Below are positions 62,040 to 64,000 of a DNA stretch of 64,000 bases, piece by piece. A model generated the notes under the pieces. It was given only the letters and a program-made list of their open reading frames with translations. It was not told where the DNA came from and did not search any database. The first letter of the stretch is position 1; each line of letters opens with the position of its first letter. A program made the translations under genes and the position numbers. The DNA is taken from positions 4,340,001 through 4,404,000 of the forward strand of contig NC_043024.1 in the NCBI RefSeq assembly GCF_006345805.1, given 5' to 3'. Source of the DNA: Octopus sinensis (Eukaryota).

Positions 62040-62950
62040 AACAATTATGAATATTTTGTCTGTTAAAAGACTAGATTTATTCCTGTTCAAGTTTGACCGT
62101 ATCAACTTAAATTTCATCATTAGCAATTTGATATTAACGAACTCCAACTTCAATATCATTTATATATCTAAATATATCAACACAGAGATGACTTTGGTTT
62201 CTGAAGAGGATTTTGCTGGATTTTTGAGGAATTTGTTATGAGAGAATAAAGGAATGGGAATAAGGAATAAAAGTTTTAAGTGACATTGATTTTGTCTTTG
62301 TTGTGTTTTCATCATCATCATCTAACTTCCATTTTTAGCATACGTCTTCTATGCAGGCTTGGATGGGAAAGTGTGACATGAGCTGTTAAGCCAAGTGCTT
62401 TTCCAGATTTGGCTGTGTCCCTTAAGATACATGGTGTATTTTATAAATATGCCTGTTCATGTATCATAACAGCATGAAACTAGTGGTAGCTCTCTCGGTT
62501 ATGTATTTAATTTGATATGTGTGTGTGTTTCTGAACACAGTGACAGTCTGGTGACTAAAATAAGTGTATACTAATCTCGTATTTTGAGTCTGGGGCAGAA
62601 GTATGGACTCCCTTTTACAGAGAAATAAAAAAAAACTTGAAACTTTCCACATGTGCTGTTTGTGCAACAAAATAGCAAGATAAGACATCAAATGTCAAAA
62701 CCTTAGAAATATGTGGTATGTCCAGCATCCAAAGCGTGTTGATGAGAATTCAGTGCAGATGGTTAGGACATGTTTTTCAAATGAAAAATGGCTGCATTAA
62801 AAAAAATTCTTCTTTATGGCCAAAAAATGGATGGATATCATGGCAGAGGAAGACCTGTCCTTAGGTATAAGGATAAGCCGAAGCAATCAATAAAGTCTCT
62901 AGAGTTTGATTTGACATGTTGGGGAAAGTCATTGCCTGGATCCACTTCCA
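62040..62950 (+). repeat. Duplicate of the ZNF B2 3' flank (54655-55860) without its gene
   Basis: Close match, e.g. 54770-54920 vs 62150-62310. Lacks the 55197-55665 insertion. A more diverged third copy lies at 60630-60880. Confidence 0.85.
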
Positions 62951-63104
62951 TGGTGTAAAATTTCTGGCTCTAGACAAATGGTGTAAATCTGATTTAGGTG
63001 TATTTACACCATTTCTCTTCAACAAGAAATTTTCTCCATGACAAAACAAAGTGAATGACCTGTGCATGAGTTCAAAACTGCCTCTGGCATATTCGACATT
63101 TTAT

Positions 63105-63482
63105 TTATACACACCATTGCCCCCGTATTTTGTTTAAAATGTTAAACATGAAGTCAGAGCTAGGGATAGTGCACCTGGTATTGCGAGTAGATGGCTTCCA
63201 GAGGAGAAGAGTAGAAATTACCTCGTTTTCAGCTCTACAACAATGTCCAGCAAACTGGACTCTTCTACCTTTCACAAGAGATGACACAGGTGGCAGTTTC
63301 CCATATATTTGTACTTTGGTTGAATGATGTTTCCACGAGAGATTTTGAGCTCTCGTAAGGAGGCGAGTGTAGGTTCCATCCAACCGCCTCTCAAGCTTCT
63401 TTGATAACGTCCAGAAGTGCTGCAAAGTGTTTTTGGAATGGGAGCTATTAATGGAGAATAGTACAGCTTTTTGCACCATCAT
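63105..63482 (-). mobile_element. Non-LTR retrotransposon ORF2 C-terminal fragment (RTE/RTE-X-like)
   Basis: WTLSKKLERRLDGTYTRLL...QNLSWKHH...IYGKLPPVSSLVKGRRVQFAGHC matches the post-RT region of RTE-type LINEs. Confidence 0.6.
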
Positions 63483-64000
63483 TCAATTTAATTTAAGGCT
63501 GAGAGGCAACGAATCTACCGCATGGAGGCAGTCTTTGAGCCTGTTCCACAGACAGCCATATTCCGGTACAAATAGGGACACCGCAGCAGCTGGAGGAGGA
63601 AGGGGTTGCATCGGTACAGGCCATAGACAAAGTTGGGGGAAGCCCCAAATGCATGTGTGGGGCTTTCCCAAGCACTTATAACAGACGAACTGCACACCGT
63701 AATTTCACTGCAGGCTAGCATTTAAGCTTCTCTGCGGAGAAGGGGCATCTATTTAGGCGGGAGAAAAATGTGACAATTTACATCAGTGGTTCTCAACTGG
63801 GGCCTACACTGCCCCTCAAGGTCCAATATAGCATTGAGGGGATTACACAACAAAATATTAGGGGAAAGCATAATTGTATTTTAAGGGCCATCATAAAAGT
63901 TTTGCTTTCTTCTACTATAGCTTCGAGCCGACCAAAGCCTTGTGAGTGGATTTGGTAGACGGAAACTAAAAGAAGCCTATATATATATTTGTGTGTCTGT

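Overview
AT-rich, microsatellite-rich metazoan genomic DNA, most consistent with an octopus (coleoid cephalopod) C2H2 zinc-finger (ZNF) gene cluster. The species call is inferred from the CDICGKSF-type finger arrays and SINE content and was not verified by search. Seven single-coding-exon poly-ZNF loci fall into two subfamilies. Family A: <1-473(-), 19720-20717(-), 29399-30430(+), 40890-42756(-). Family B: 5438-6480(+), 50398-54620(+), 58743-60065(+). Only the last has an unambiguously intact ORF; the others carry stops, frameshifts or lack an AUG. They are interleaved with a full-length L1/Tx1-clade LINE (16-bp TSD), a degenerate Ty3/Gypsy LTR element with a tRNA-Leu PBS at the centre of a ~3-kb inverted duplication, a Penelope-like element, mariner remnants, tRNA-SINEs, a probable Helitron, a foldback element and several MITE families. 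The most notable signal is a 354-nt tandem repeat (44275-44902) carrying two intact minimal type I hammerhead ribozyme motifs. This is retrozyme-like architecture, and it is nested inside a MULE-like TIR element next to a perfect 33-bp hairpin. No rRNA, genuine tRNA or CRISPR array was found. Most short ORFs in the track are microsatellite or off-frame/antisense ZNF artefacts.
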